Shown here piece after piece: positions 27,170-36,452 of a stretch of 64,000 nt of DNA (its first letter is position 1; every line of letters begins with the position of its first letter). Source of the stretch: a virus; the IMG/VR virus record IMGVR_UViG_3300045988_131126; one strand, 5' to 3'. The position numbers were made by a program, and so were the translations under genes. The notes below the pieces were generated by a model. The model did not search any database and was not told the DNA's origin. It saw nothing but the letters and a program-made list of their open reading frames with translations.

Positions 27170-29386
27170 TTGGTAATACCTGCTGAGAAACAACAAGTAC
27201 AACCTATTACTATATATTATCAGACATCTACTACTAATCAAAGTTTCATGGATATGCATTTTCAATTAAAACAACAAGGACGTGTTAATAATAGATTTTT
27301 CCTTGCATTATACGATAGAGACTTGATAGGAGTAGATCCAAGGGATCCTAGACTTCCACAATATATGAAAGCTAAAGTGCTTAATGAATGTGCACATAAC
27401 TATTGGTATTTTATTAGAGAAGTAATACGTATTCCAGATCAAGGTGGTGCTGCTAACTCTGGTGTAAGGTACAAATTACATAGAGGAAACTTAGCATTAT
27501 CTTTTTGCTTATTAAATAACTGGAATATTTTTTTGGAATTACCTCGTCAGCATGGTAAAACCATGGCTGCGTTATGTTGGTATTTATGGGTATTTAACTT
27601 TAGAACTACCAACTCAGAAATTATGTTTATGAATAAGAAACATGATGACTCTAAAATGAACTTACAGAGATTAAAGATACTTAGAGCTGCTCTTCCTACA
27701 TATTTACAATTTGCAAATCAATATGGTAAAGATGGTACAAAATTAAGAGCATCTAATACATTAGAGACAATTACTCATATTATAAATAATAACAAGATTA
27801 CTACTAAACCTAGTGCTAGAAGTAAGACTATAGCTAATAACCTTGGTCGTGGTTGTACTATGCCTATGCATTGGTATGACGAGTATGCATTTATTGTATA
27901 CAATAAGATCATATATCAAGCTGCTACTCCTGCATACAAGACAGCATCAGAAAATGCTAAAAAGAACCATGCACCATATGGTATTCTTATAACAACAACA
28001 CCTGGCGATTTAAGTACCGATGAAGGAATGGATGCTTATGAAACAAGAAACTCTGCTACGCCATTCCTGGAAGAATTCTATGATTATACTCCACAGCAAT
28101 TAAAAGAAGTTGCTGAAGCTAATACGGATTCTTCTTTCTTTTATATAAGATTTACTTATCAACAATTAGGTTCTTCCGAACAGTACTTCAAAGAAATGGT
28201 TCGAGATCTTAAGAAAGATTGGGCTGCTATCAGACGTGAAGTTTTACTTGAGTGGTCTCTTACATCTGATAATTCTCCATTTGATCCTAATGACCTTGAG
28301 CTTATTGCTACTATGGTAAGAGAACCTATTAGAAGAATAGTATTAAGAAAAGGATTCGCTATTGATCTTTATAAACAAATAGAAGATCCTCATTATCCTC
28401 CTATTATAGGTGTCGACGTTTCTGGTGGTTATAGTAGGGACTCTTCTGCTGTAACTATTATAGATAGCAAGACTACAGATGTGGTAGGAGACTTTAACTG
28501 TAACTATATATCTACTAATGATTTGGCTCATTTACTGTATGAATTAGTAGTTAAGTTTATGCCTAATGCTATAGTAAATGTAGAGCGAAATGGTGGTTTT
28601 GGTGCTTCTGTATTATCAACACTAAAAGAAACCAAAATAAAACGTAATCTATATTATGAAATCAAAGATAGAATATTCGAGGAACGAACGTTTGGTGGAA
28701 TGAATCAAACTATAAAACATACTCAGAAATGTAAAGTATACGGATTCGATGAAACAAAGAATAGTCGAGATCTGTTAATGCAGATATTAAGAGAAAGGGT
28801 AGATAACCATAAATCTAAATTCTTATCTCCTAAGATATTAGCAGAATTACGTACATTGGAATATAAGAAGAATGGTAGAATTGAGCATACTGCTCAAGGA
28901 CACGATGACCAGATATTCTCTTATCTAATGGCTATGTATGTATGGTATGAAGGAAAAGAACTTACTGAAAGATATGGTTTACAGAAAGTAACTATACATA
29001 CGGATGAAGATGATGAAGATAGAATTGATATTGATAATAACTATACAGATATATCTGAAGCTATTAATGAAGAATCTGATATGGTTCAAGAGCAATTAGA
29101 TGTACTATCTTCTAATAAAGCTATACTATATGATGAATGGAGAGCGCAAGAAAAAGCTAAAGACCAAGAAGCTGTAAATAGGTTATTACAGACTAAAGTT
29201 GGTCAGCAAGCTTATATCGAAAAATATCATATAGATCCAGATGATCTTCCGATATTAGGGCAAGCCTATTCTATTCCACAGGATGTATTTGATGATTATT
29301 ATGATGATTTTCAAGTAGATCCATTAACTAAACAAAAGTTAGTAGAAGAAGAAAGATTAAGTAAAATATATAGTATGAAATATTAA
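27170..29386 (+). CDS. terL: terminase large subunit
   Basis: 738 aa with a TTG start 10 nt after GAGGAG. Walker A-like ELPRQHGKTMA (about 27544-27562), Walker B HWYDEYAF, coupling motif ITTTPGD. Nuclease-domain acidic motifs IIGVDVSGG and GHDDQIFSYLMA. The layout is T4 gp17-like. Confidence 0.85.
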   Translation: MVIPAEKQQVQPITIYYQTSTTNQSFMDMHFQLKQQGRVNNRFFLALYDRDLIGVDPRDPRLPQYMKAKVLNECAHNYWYFIREVIRIPDQGGAANSGVRYKLHRGNLALSFCLLNNWNIFLELPRQHGKTMAALCWYLWVFNFRTTNSEIMFMNKKHDDSKMNLQRLKILRAALPTYLQFANQYGKDGTKLRASNTLETITHIINNNKITTKPSARSKTIANNLGRGCTMPMHWYDEYAFIVYNKIIYQAATPAYKTASENAKKNHAPYGILITTTPGDLSTDEGMDAYETRNSATPFLEEFYDYTPQQLKEVAEANTDSSFFYIRFTYQQLGSSEQYFKEMVRDLKKDWAAIRREVLLEWSLTSDNSPFDPNDLELIATMVREPIRRIVLRKGFAIDLYKQIEDPHYPPIIGVDVSGGYSRDSSAVTIIDSKTTDVVGDFNCNYISTNDLAHLLYELVVKFMPNAIVNVERNGGFGASVLSTLKETKIKRNLYYEIKDRIFEERTFGGMNQTIKHTQKCKVYGFDETKNSRDLLMQILRERVDNHKSKFLSPKILAELRTLEYKKNGRIEHTAQGHDDQIFSYLMAMYVWYEGKELTERYGLQKVTIHTDEDDEDRIDIDNNYTDISEAINEESDMVQEQLDVLSSNKAILYDEWRAQEKAKDQEAVNRLLQTKVGQQAYIEKYHIDPDDLPILGQAYSIPQDVFDDYYDDFQVDPLTKQKLVEEERLSKIYSMKY

Positions 29387-29390
29387 AATA

Positions 29391-29427
29391 TACCCCATAG
29401 ATATTAATATCTATGGGGTAATTATTT
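29391..29427 (+). terminator. rho-independent terminator
   Basis: accccatagata-ttaa-tatctatggggt followed by aattattt. Confidence 0.65.
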
Positions 29428-29478
29428 ATGGATAATTAAACCATATTATAATTTAAAATAGATAAGGAGAGAAAATCT

Positions 29479-30243
29479 ATGGGAAGTAAAATAGGGTTAT
29501 GCACCATTTATAAAAGCGATAGCGGTTATAATAGAGAAACCGCAACTTGGTATACAAGTTCCGAACCGAAATTTGTATTATTCGAGCTATTACTAAATAA
29601 TTATTGTGCAATAATGGTAGAAGATAAAAAAACATTAGAAAAACCGATCAACTATACTTATCGATTATTAACAGTAGAACACGCCGAATTATATAAACTT
29701 GCAATCTCAGCAGCCTCTGATATACATGGTATATTGAAATATAATGGGTATTTTAAAAAAGAAGCTGAAGATGCAAAAATGAATGGAATATCTAATGGAG
29801 ATAAAAGAAAAATGATGAATGAAATATGGAAAGAACTTGATATTGTAAATGTCAATTCTTCTATATATGATTTAGCAGTCGATCAAAAAGTATCTATACT
29901 TGCAAAAGGTGAATCTGGTATGCATTTATATTTGTACAATAGCGCTATTAAAGATATTTTAAATTCTGATTTCTGCGCAAAAATAGCCGGAATATATAGT
30001 GAAACATATGACTTGGGATATATTTCTGATATTGATGATTTGAAAAAAGAATTGGGCCAGTATGCCAAAGAAGTATTATGTCCCATAGACGATTATATAA
30101 GAGTAATATCATCTTCAATAGATCAAATCAAAGACGCTTTAAATGAAGATAATAAAAAAGAATTTTTAGAGAAAGTAAAATTAATTATGAATTTACCTGA
30201 AAACTTTTTGGAGGAATATAAAGATGGCGTTCAAGAGCAATAG
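29479..30243 (+). CDS. hypothetical protein
   Basis: 254-aa ORF with AAGGAGAG RBS. Confidence 0.75.
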   Translation: MGSKIGLCTIYKSDSGYNRETATWYTSSEPKFVLFELLLNNYCAIMVEDKKTLEKPINYTYRLLTVEHAELYKLAISAASDIHGILKYNGYFKKEAEDAKMNGISNGDKRKMMNEIWKELDIVNVNSSIYDLAVDQKVSILAKGESGMHLYLYNSAIKDILNSDFCAKIAGIYSETYDLGYISDIDDLKKELGQYAKEVLCPIDDYIRVISSSIDQIKDALNEDNKKEFLEKVKLIMNLPENFLEEYKDGVQEQ

Positions 30244-30997
30244 TAACGATTACACAATTATTACAGAAGGAGAATTAGGTGCTGTATTACAGAACTTTGA
30301 TCCTGATATGGTATTCTCTGTATTAGAGAATAATCTTGAAAATAAATACAGAGAATATGAATTAAATTTAACTAATTTGGTTACTTCATACGAATATCAG
30401 TTTAAAGAATTAGCTGATCAGTATGGACAAGATAATCAGATATTTGTAACTAGAGATCAGACATATGGAATTATCATAGAAAGAATATGTAGATTCCATG
30501 ATTTAGATATGCCTATCACTACAGATAATGTAGATATTTATACGTTAGCTTCTATAATGTATGAATTCTTTGTATCAAGTTTCACTAAATATATATCAAG
30601 ATTTTTTATCTCTTATATTTATAGGGAGAAAGATTCTATATATAAAATGATTCTTAGTTTTGATGAGGATAAAAAAGTTAAAAATAACAGTATAACTTAT
30701 GCTAAAAAGATATACGACAACGATCCTCAATTAGCAGCTATTCATGCATATATACCTAAGGTTGTAGAAAGTATATGCCAATTTCCTATTACATTACACG
30801 AATACATATCTGGTGTATATAAAACAGAGCCTCAGAAAGCTGATTTTTTAAGATCGGTATTACCCGACAATGAATATTTTTATTCTAATTTTGTAGTACC
30901 GTTTATTAATAACCACAGTAGTAGAATCATTATGGATATTAGATTTGCATTACAATCTGATGTATGTCCTACTTTAAGTTTTCCACAAAATCAATAG
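30224..30997 (+). CDS. hypothetical protein
   Basis: 257-aa ORF with GGAGGAA RBS. Overlaps the previous gene by 20 nt. Confidence 0.75.
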   Translation: MAFKSNSNDYTIITEGELGAVLQNFDPDMVFSVLENNLENKYREYELNLTNLVTSYEYQFKELADQYGQDNQIFVTRDQTYGIIIERICRFHDLDMPITTDNVDIYTLASIMYEFFVSSFTKYISRFFISYIYREKDSIYKMILSFDEDKKVKNNSITYAKKIYDNDPQLAAIHAYIPKVVESICQFPITLHEYISGVYKTEPQKADFLRSVLPDNEYFYSNFVVPFINNHSSRIIMDIRFALQSDVCPTLSFPQNQ

Positions 30998-31009
30998 AGG
31001 TGATATTTT

Positions 31010-31219
31010 ATGAAGAAAAATGAGTTGGTCGTATACAGACCACCCGAATATTATTTGAATTACTCTAAAACTACTAATATTAGTCTTATTTGTAATTCAA
31101 ATCGAATGGAAAATGTAGTATTACCAATATTAACTCTTTATAATTTACTACAAAGACTACGAGGTGGAACAAATGAACAAACGACAGAAAAAGAAACTGA
31201 AGAAAAGACATACACCTAA
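31010..31219 (+). CDS. small hypothetical protein
   Basis: 69-aa ORF with AGAGGTG RBS. Its 3' end overlaps the next ORF by 47 nt, so its true extent is uncertain. Confidence 0.4.
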   Translation: MKKNELVVYRPPEYYLNYSKTTNISLICNSNRMENVVLPILTLYNLLQRLRGGTNEQTTEKETEEKTYT

Positions 31220-31436
31220 TATAATCACAGAATTTAGAGATACAACTCGAATAGAAGGGGCTTCTTTACCAGATGAAATATTACAAGAAATATCAGATAG
31301 TATTAAAAAGATTATGGGTACATTCAAACCAATTTCATTTAAAGATATACCATATATAGTACCTGTTATTCTAGATGAGGATACCAAAATTGAAGTATAC
31401 GATATAATTATTCAGGAGGATAATAAAAATGAATAA
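31173..31436 (+). CDS. small hypothetical protein
   Basis: ATG 31173 lies 5 nt after GAGGTGG (the track's GTG at 31164 is inside the RBS). 87 aa. Confidence 0.5.
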   Translation: MNKRQKKKLKKRHTPNIITEFRDTTRIEGASLPDEILQEISDSIKKIMGTFKPISFKDIPYIVPVILDEDTKIEVYDIIIQEDNKNE

Positions 31437-32622
31437 CGAGAATTTAAAAACAGTATTAACAGATGAGCAAGTAGATCAAATTGCAGAGAAATTAGAAGAA
31501 AGTAGATCAGAAGATAATAGAAAGATTGAAAATCTTCCTTCTAATAAAGATACTAATGAAAGAGTACCAGAAGATCCAAATGCTTATGAATCAGAAACAG
31601 TAACAGCCTATGTAGATCCTATGACAGGAGAAAAGAAACCGGTTCCTACAGAGATCGAACCATTGACTAATATTGATTTAGATACTTCTGGATTTGATAA
31701 TTTATTAAATATGAGTGACGATGAAATCAGAAACTTAGAGATATCCGATGAGGAACTTAAAGAATCTTTACCAGTAAAAGCATCTAAAGAAGATTTCGTT
31801 ACTTTCAGAAAAGTATTCGATAGATATAGAAAAGGAGAAGACTTCTCTGTATATAATGCATTACCACCATCATTTAAGAGATTCGTAGATGAAAGCATTG
31901 CATCTATTTCTATGGAGAGTCTATCCAAAGCACAGATTAAAGATGTAAGATCAGTTATTACTAAATCCATCTTTGATGAGATTATCCAAGATACTTATCA
32001 AAATAAAGTATATTTCGATTTAAATACATCAGTAGATAATGCATTTAAAGATTTATCTAAATCTATTACATCTGAAACTAATATGGATGTAAGACATAAG
32101 ATTCTACAATTCCCGAAAATTGCGGAAAAGATCAAAGATAAAAATCCAGAAAAGGCTAAAGCTTTATTAGAATTTATCGATTCTTATGAAGAAGCAAGAA
32201 ACTATAACAAATTAATCGAAGCCGTTAAAACTGGGAAACTTAGAGCTAAAAAGATTGAATTAGATAAGTTCGATAATAGAGTTTGTATTCCATATGAAGA
32301 TAAATATGCAAAAAGTAATAGAATCGTAGATTCTTTGAGAAAATTACCATTTATCATTTCTAGACATATTGGATGTGATGCTGAAGACTCTAAGAGAATT
32401 ATTATTGCTTATGTAAAATATATCGCATTTGCTAAATTAAATATCGAAAAGCTTCCTGATTATTGCTTTATGTATTACTTCGTAAAAAATATTCTTGGAA
32501 TGGATAATTACGATCAATCAGTATTTGAAGAGAAATCTTTCTATACTAATATTGAAAAGAATCTTCAGAAATTACTGGATGCTATCCTTTCCATTGAAGA
32601 CAATATTATAAATAAGAAATAA
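31429..32622 (+). CDS. hypothetical protein (acidic N-terminal region)
   Basis: 397-aa ORF with CAGGAGG RBS. Confidence 0.75.
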   Translation: MNNENLKTVLTDEQVDQIAEKLEESRSEDNRKIENLPSNKDTNERVPEDPNAYESETVTAYVDPMTGEKKPVPTEIEPLTNIDLDTSGFDNLLNMSDDEIRNLEISDEELKESLPVKASKEDFVTFRKVFDRYRKGEDFSVYNALPPSFKRFVDESIASISMESLSKAQIKDVRSVITKSIFDEIIQDTYQNKVYFDLNTSVDNAFKDLSKSITSETNMDVRHKILQFPKIAEKIKDKNPEKAKALLEFIDSYEEARNYNKLIEAVKTGKLRAKKIELDKFDNRVCIPYEDKYAKSNRIVDSLRKLPFIISRHIGCDAEDSKRIIIAYVKYIAFAKLNIEKLPDYCFMYYFVKNILGMDNYDQSVFEEKSFYTNIEKNLQKLLDAILSIEDNIINKK

Positions 32623-32645
32623 TTTAAGGAGGCAATTTAATAAAC

Positions 32646-33122
32646 ATGATTTACAATCACGGAGAGGTAGTTCGCTATGAGGTAAGAGAATTAGCTCAAT
32701 TAAGATTACATCTTGGCAATTTCACTGATGACGATCTTAAGACAGAAACTACTTGTATTACTGAAGGGGATAAGGTGTCTTTATTAACAAGGGAGTTTGA
32801 TAAAGAACACAAAGAAGTATTCACAATAGTTAGGGGTTTAGTAAAAGAAATTTCAACAAACATGGTTAGATATGGTATGTCTAAACAAGACCAAATGAAA
32901 TGTATTTTCATACGTATGGATTGTTCCAAAGACGGAAAATCAGATATACAAGCAATCAAACTATGCGATGTTGTAGAGGTTCATGATATAAATTATGCAT
33001 ATGAAGAAATTAAAACAAAAGAAATAGAAGTTGTTGAATCTAATCCAGAGTGGAATATTGAATCAGGGTCAGATAAAAATATCGCTACTGTAGATTTAAA
33101 AACAAATGTAAAACTTCAATAA
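32646..33122 (+). CDS. hypothetical protein
   Basis: 158-aa ORF with TAAGGAGG RBS. Confidence 0.7.
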   Translation: MIYNHGEVVRYEVRELAQLRLHLGNFTDDDLKTETTCITEGDKVSLLTREFDKEHKEVFTIVRGLVKEISTNMVRYGMSKQDQMKCIFIRMDCSKDGKSDIQAIKLCDVVEVHDINYAYEEIKTKEIEVVESNPEWNIESGSDKNIATVDLKTNVKLQ

Positions 33123-33134
33123 TATTTATTTATT

Positions 33135-33179
33135 CCATATACTCTATATATAAGAGTATATGGAATATCTTTATTTTTT
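33135..33179 (+). terminator. rho-independent terminator
   Basis: ccatatactct-atatata-agagtatatgg followed by aatatctttatttttt. Confidence 0.7.
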
Positions 33180-33257
33180 AATTATATAATATTATAGTGA
33201 TAATAATAAAAAATAAATAAATCCTACGTTAAACTCGTAGGTAGAAAGAAGGAAATT
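33164..33257 (+). promoter_or_regulatory. repeated promoter-leader module, copy E
   Basis: aatatctttatttttt, then TTAATT, N17 ending TGA, TAATAA, then leader hairpin cctacg/cgtagg (33223-33241), then tagaaagaagg, then ATG 33258. Confidence 0.55.
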
Positions 33258-33578
33258 ATGACGAACACAGCGCAGACAACTACAATTATCACAGACCTTG
33301 ACACAATCAAATCACTTATGCAACTTGAAGACCTGATCGATCACGATTTCGAGATCTTCGATGAATACAAAAAATACCTTGCAGATGCAGAAATTCGTCA
33401 GAAATTAGACGAATTACTCAATATACAAATCGAGCATCTTGCATTTCATCAGGTATTAATGGATCGATTGACGATAGCAAGCGTAAACACAAAGAAAGCT
33501 TGTATTGAGTATCATCGGGCTGTCATTAATACGATGACATCATGTAAAATGCTTATTGCATTTTACGAAAGAAACTAA
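33258..33578 (+). CDS. small hypothetical protein (cassette cargo)
   Basis: 106 aa. Conserved RBS. G+C-richer codons than flanking genes. Own promoter module and terminator, inserted inside the structural block. Confidence 0.65.
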   Translation: MTNTAQTTTIITDLDTIKSLMQLEDLIDHDFEIFDEYKKYLADAEIRQKLDELLNIQIEHLAFHQVLMDRLTIASVNTKKACIEYHRAVINTMTSCKMLIAFYERN

Positions 33579-33588
33579 GCAATACATA

Positions 33589-33617
33589 AGTGCAGAGTAG
33601 AATTTCTACTCTGCACT
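33589..33617 (+). terminator. terminator hairpin
   Basis: agtgcagagtag-aattt-ctactctgcact. The T-tract (ctctttatttttt) lies about 15 nt downstream. Confidence 0.55.
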
Positions 33618-33636
33618 AAATTTCATATTCTCTTTA

Positions 33637-33651
33637 TTTTTTCTACGATAC
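33637..33651 (+). repeat. exact 15-mer TTTTTTCTACGATAC, copy 4 of 4
   Basis: See 18751. About 20 nt downstream of the 33589-33617 terminator hairpin. Here it lies about 55 nt upstream of ATG 33707 with no motif-2 promoter box in between. Confidence 0.8.
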
Positions 33652-33706
33652 CTGAAAATGTACATCTGGAACATATCATTAAATTGATATGGAGGTGTAT
33701 TCATAT

Positions 33707-34504
33707 ATGAGCAGACCTAATTTTATTAAAGTTGTAGATGAATCTGTATACTTTAAAGGTCCAAATAAGAAGTTTATTTTTTTCGTTCCAGAAAAGTATT
33801 TTGAACGAAATTGTGCTATTGAAGATGGTGAGTATATAGAATTAATTGGTATATTAAATTATACTATAGTAGATAGAGATTCTACTAATTATGCTAAAAA
33901 GATAGGAACTTTTAATTATCCGAGTATGTTTGTAACTAAACCTGGATATGTTGAAAGAGCAAGAAAATTTCAATTGACTAAAGATACAGATCCTCAAGAC
34001 TATAGATTATTAATATATGAAGATAATGATATAGATCAAATAATATCTTCTACAGAAGTACCTCAAGATATTGCTAATGTAGAACAGTTTATCAGATTAT
34101 TCGTATTAACTGGTAATATTCCTAAAACTATCCCTTATGATAAATTACATGAATATTTCTTGGATTCTATTAAATATAATGGAGGTAACTATAAAGTTAC
34201 TGCTCAATTATTTGGTATATTATTATCTGAAACATGTAGATCTAAAGATGATCCTGCTATACCATTTAGATTATCTAAAGAAAAAATAAAAGACCATAAT
34301 ATGCACGCTTATGAGACTATGAGAATTAGTCAAATTCCTAAATTTAATGGTCCATTTAACTCACTTACATCTGAGAACTGGGATGAATCTCTTATTGGTG
34401 CTATGATGAATCCTGATAGTAAAGGTTCTCCTCTTGAGCCTATTATGATGGGTGGTTGGGATAGAATAAATAGACCAACAGACAAAGACGACCAGATATC
34501 ATAA
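33707..34504 (+). CDS. hypothetical protein (structural block, immediately upstream of sheath)
   Basis: ATG 33707 after GGAGGTG (the track's ATG 33689 overlaps the RBS). 265 aa. Confidence 0.7.
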   Translation: MSRPNFIKVVDESVYFKGPNKKFIFFVPEKYFERNCAIEDGEYIELIGILNYTIVDRDSTNYAKKIGTFNYPSMFVTKPGYVERARKFQLTKDTDPQDYRLLIYEDNDIDQIISSTEVPQDIANVEQFIRLFVLTGNIPKTIPYDKLHEYFLDSIKYNGGNYKVTAQLFGILLSETCRSKDDPAIPFRLSKEKIKDHNMHAYETMRISQIPKFNGPFNSLTSENWDESLIGAMMNPDSKGSPLEPIMMGGWDRINRPTDKDDQIS

Positions 34505-34578
34505 GTATAAACATATCAGTAAATTACATTTAATAAAACTATAAATGTGGTATATAATATGTTAAGGAGGATTCATTA

Positions 34579-36435
34579 ATGAGGCCCGATACAATATTTG
34601 AGTATATAGATCAGTCAAATATAACAAAGACTACCGAAACTCTTGTTACTGCTCCTTACTATCTTTGCTGCTCTTCTGCTGAAAGAGGTCCAGAAGATAT
34701 TAGAGAAGTTGTAGGAACAGATTTTTACAATTTATACGGTAATCATATCTCATTTGTTAAACATGGTCAGCCGCTTGTTCAGGCTGCGCATATTATTGAT
34801 AATGGTGGTAGATTAATTTTCAAGAGACTTGTTGCTGAAGATGCGGCTCTTGCCAATCTTACTGTCATTGCTACAGTTACTAAAAAAGAGGTCGAGAAAA
34901 CTAATGCTGCTGGAAAACCTCTTTATATTGATCCATCTACAAATCAGGAGAGCGAAACTGATGGTGGTGGATGGGCTAAAGCTACAAAGAACGTAGCTAG
35001 TATTAAATACGGAGTTGTTACTGTACCTTCTATGAAAACTATTACTGATGTAGTAGCTCATGTTCAGTTACAGTATAAAGAAGAAACTGACGTATTCCCT
35101 CTGTTCACAGTAACAGATAATGGTAGAGGAAAATCTACTAAGAGATTTAATATTCAGCCAGATTATCAGTTAAGTAAACAGAATTCTTTCGAATTCTATA
35201 CATTTAATGTAATTGCTGATGCTGAAACAAATGCTGAGTATACAAGATTTTCTATTGATCCTAATATTATTTATCTTAAGACAAGTATGTCTCTGACAGA
35301 AAGTTCTAAAGATCTTACACAGCTTGACGCTTATCAGTATGAAGAAGGATCTAATAAATTCATCAAAGCTGTTAGTGAAGCTACTGGAGTAGATGAAGAT
35401 ACACTTAAATCTATTGACATACTGTTTGGATGTGATAGAGCAGGTAAAGCTCTTGACTATATTTCAGTAGATCTTACTAAGTCAGAAGATGAAGCTGAAA
35501 ACGGATATGATCTTGCCGACGCTACAGGTATGATGATCATGTCTGGTGATAATGGTGAGTTTGGAGATAAACCATTCGGAACAGGTGCTTGGACTAAAGA
35601 AGCAGTAAAATTCTTCTCTGGAGAATTTGATGATTCTGTATTTAACCCTAACCAGGTTAATATCGATGCAGTATTCGATGCTAACTATCCATCTGAAGTA
35701 AAGAAAGCTATTCTTGATCTTGCAGAGTTCAGACAGGACTTCTTCTACTTTAGAGATTTTGGTCTTGATAAATATACATATGATCAGTTTAAGATGGCTG
35801 CTAAAGAATTTGACCATTCTAAATTTGCAGCTTCTTACATTACAACATATGATGTTCTGGATCCATATTCCAGAAAGCAGATCAATGTAACTCTGATGTA
35901 TTCTTTAGCAGTTAAAATGATTAATCATTTTAACCTTAGAAGAAATGCACCGTGCGCTGGTATTCAGTACGGATTTACTTTTGATGAAGCTATTAAAGGT
36001 ACAGTTAACTTCTGTCCTAAATTTACACCAAAGGTTGACCAGAAAACAGAGCTTATGGACTTAGGATTAAACTATTGTGGATATATCAATAATCAGTTGG
36101 TACTTGAAACAACTAATACATCTCAGGATCCATATAGCCAGCTCTCTTATATTAATAATATCCTTGCTGTACAGCAGATTATTCATAGAGTTAGAGAGGT
36201 TTGCCCGATTAATAGATATACATTTATTACATCTGATGACCTTGAAACTTATAAGAAAGCTGTTAATAATGCAATTATGCAGTATAAAGAAAACTTCGAT
36301 ACTCTCGAATTTGTTTATGTTGCAGACCCAATTATGAAAGCCAATAAGATCTTTAATGCATCTATTAAAGTTTCATTCAAAGACTTCGTTCAGACTGAAA
36401 TCTTTAAGATTTATGCATTACCGACCCAATCTTGA
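34579..36435 (+). CDS. putative contractile tail sheath protein
   Basis: 618 aa. The N-terminus ..SSAERGPEDIREVVGTDFYNLYGN..HGQPLVQAAHIIDNGGRLIFKRLV parallels the T4 gp18-type N-terminal pattern (..GP...v.s..dF...fG.....a..fl..Gg.l.v.Rv). The C-terminal LNYCGYINNQLVLETTNT is like iN.i....g.vvwG.rT. High-expression codon usage. Pattern-based only. Confidence 0.5.
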   Translation: MRPDTIFEYIDQSNITKTTETLVTAPYYLCCSSAERGPEDIREVVGTDFYNLYGNHISFVKHGQPLVQAAHIIDNGGRLIFKRLVAEDAALANLTVIATVTKKEVEKTNAAGKPLYIDPSTNQESETDGGGWAKATKNVASIKYGVVTVPSMKTITDVVAHVQLQYKEETDVFPLFTVTDNGRGKSTKRFNIQPDYQLSKQNSFEFYTFNVIADAETNAEYTRFSIDPNIIYLKTSMSLTESSKDLTQLDAYQYEEGSNKFIKAVSEATGVDEDTLKSIDILFGCDRAGKALDYISVDLTKSEDEAENGYDLADATGMMIMSGDNGEFGDKPFGTGAWTKEAVKFFSGEFDDSVFNPNQVNIDAVFDANYPSEVKKAILDLAEFRQDFFYFRDFGLDKYTYDQFKMAAKEFDHSKFAASYITTYDVLDPYSRKQINVTLMYSLAVKMINHFNLRRNAPCAGIQYGFTFDEAIKGTVNFCPKFTPKVDQKTELMDLGLNYCGYINNQLVLETTNTSQDPYSQLSYINNILAVQQIIHRVREVCPINRYTFITSDDLETYKKAVNNAIMQYKENFDTLEFVYVADPIMKANKIFNASIKVSFKDFVQTEIFKIYALPTQS

Positions 36436-36452
36436 TATAGGAGGTAAGTATA

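Noticed and set aside
27675-29260. EKYHIDPDD in the terminase C-terminus (about 29230-29256) and FIYHPPY in the 778-aa protein as further motif copies.
   Set aside because: Each matches only the YH core, is internal, and lacks the NP or LIYHD context. At this stringency chance matches are expected.
31010-31436. Overlap of ORFs 31010-31219 and 31173-31436 as a possible programmed frameshift (tail-chaperone G/GT style).
   Set aside because: There is no slippery heptamer in the overlap that I can see. The pair is not located after the tube gene. The second ORF has its own RBS and ATG.
11772-33257. Could the repeated roughly 100-bp elements be a CRISPR array or MITE-type transposon copies?
   Set aside because: Copies are kilobases apart rather than 25-50 bp, so this is not CRISPR. 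I see no terminal inverted repeats or target-site duplications. Every copy is positioned precisely between a terminator and an ATG, with promoter-like spacing.
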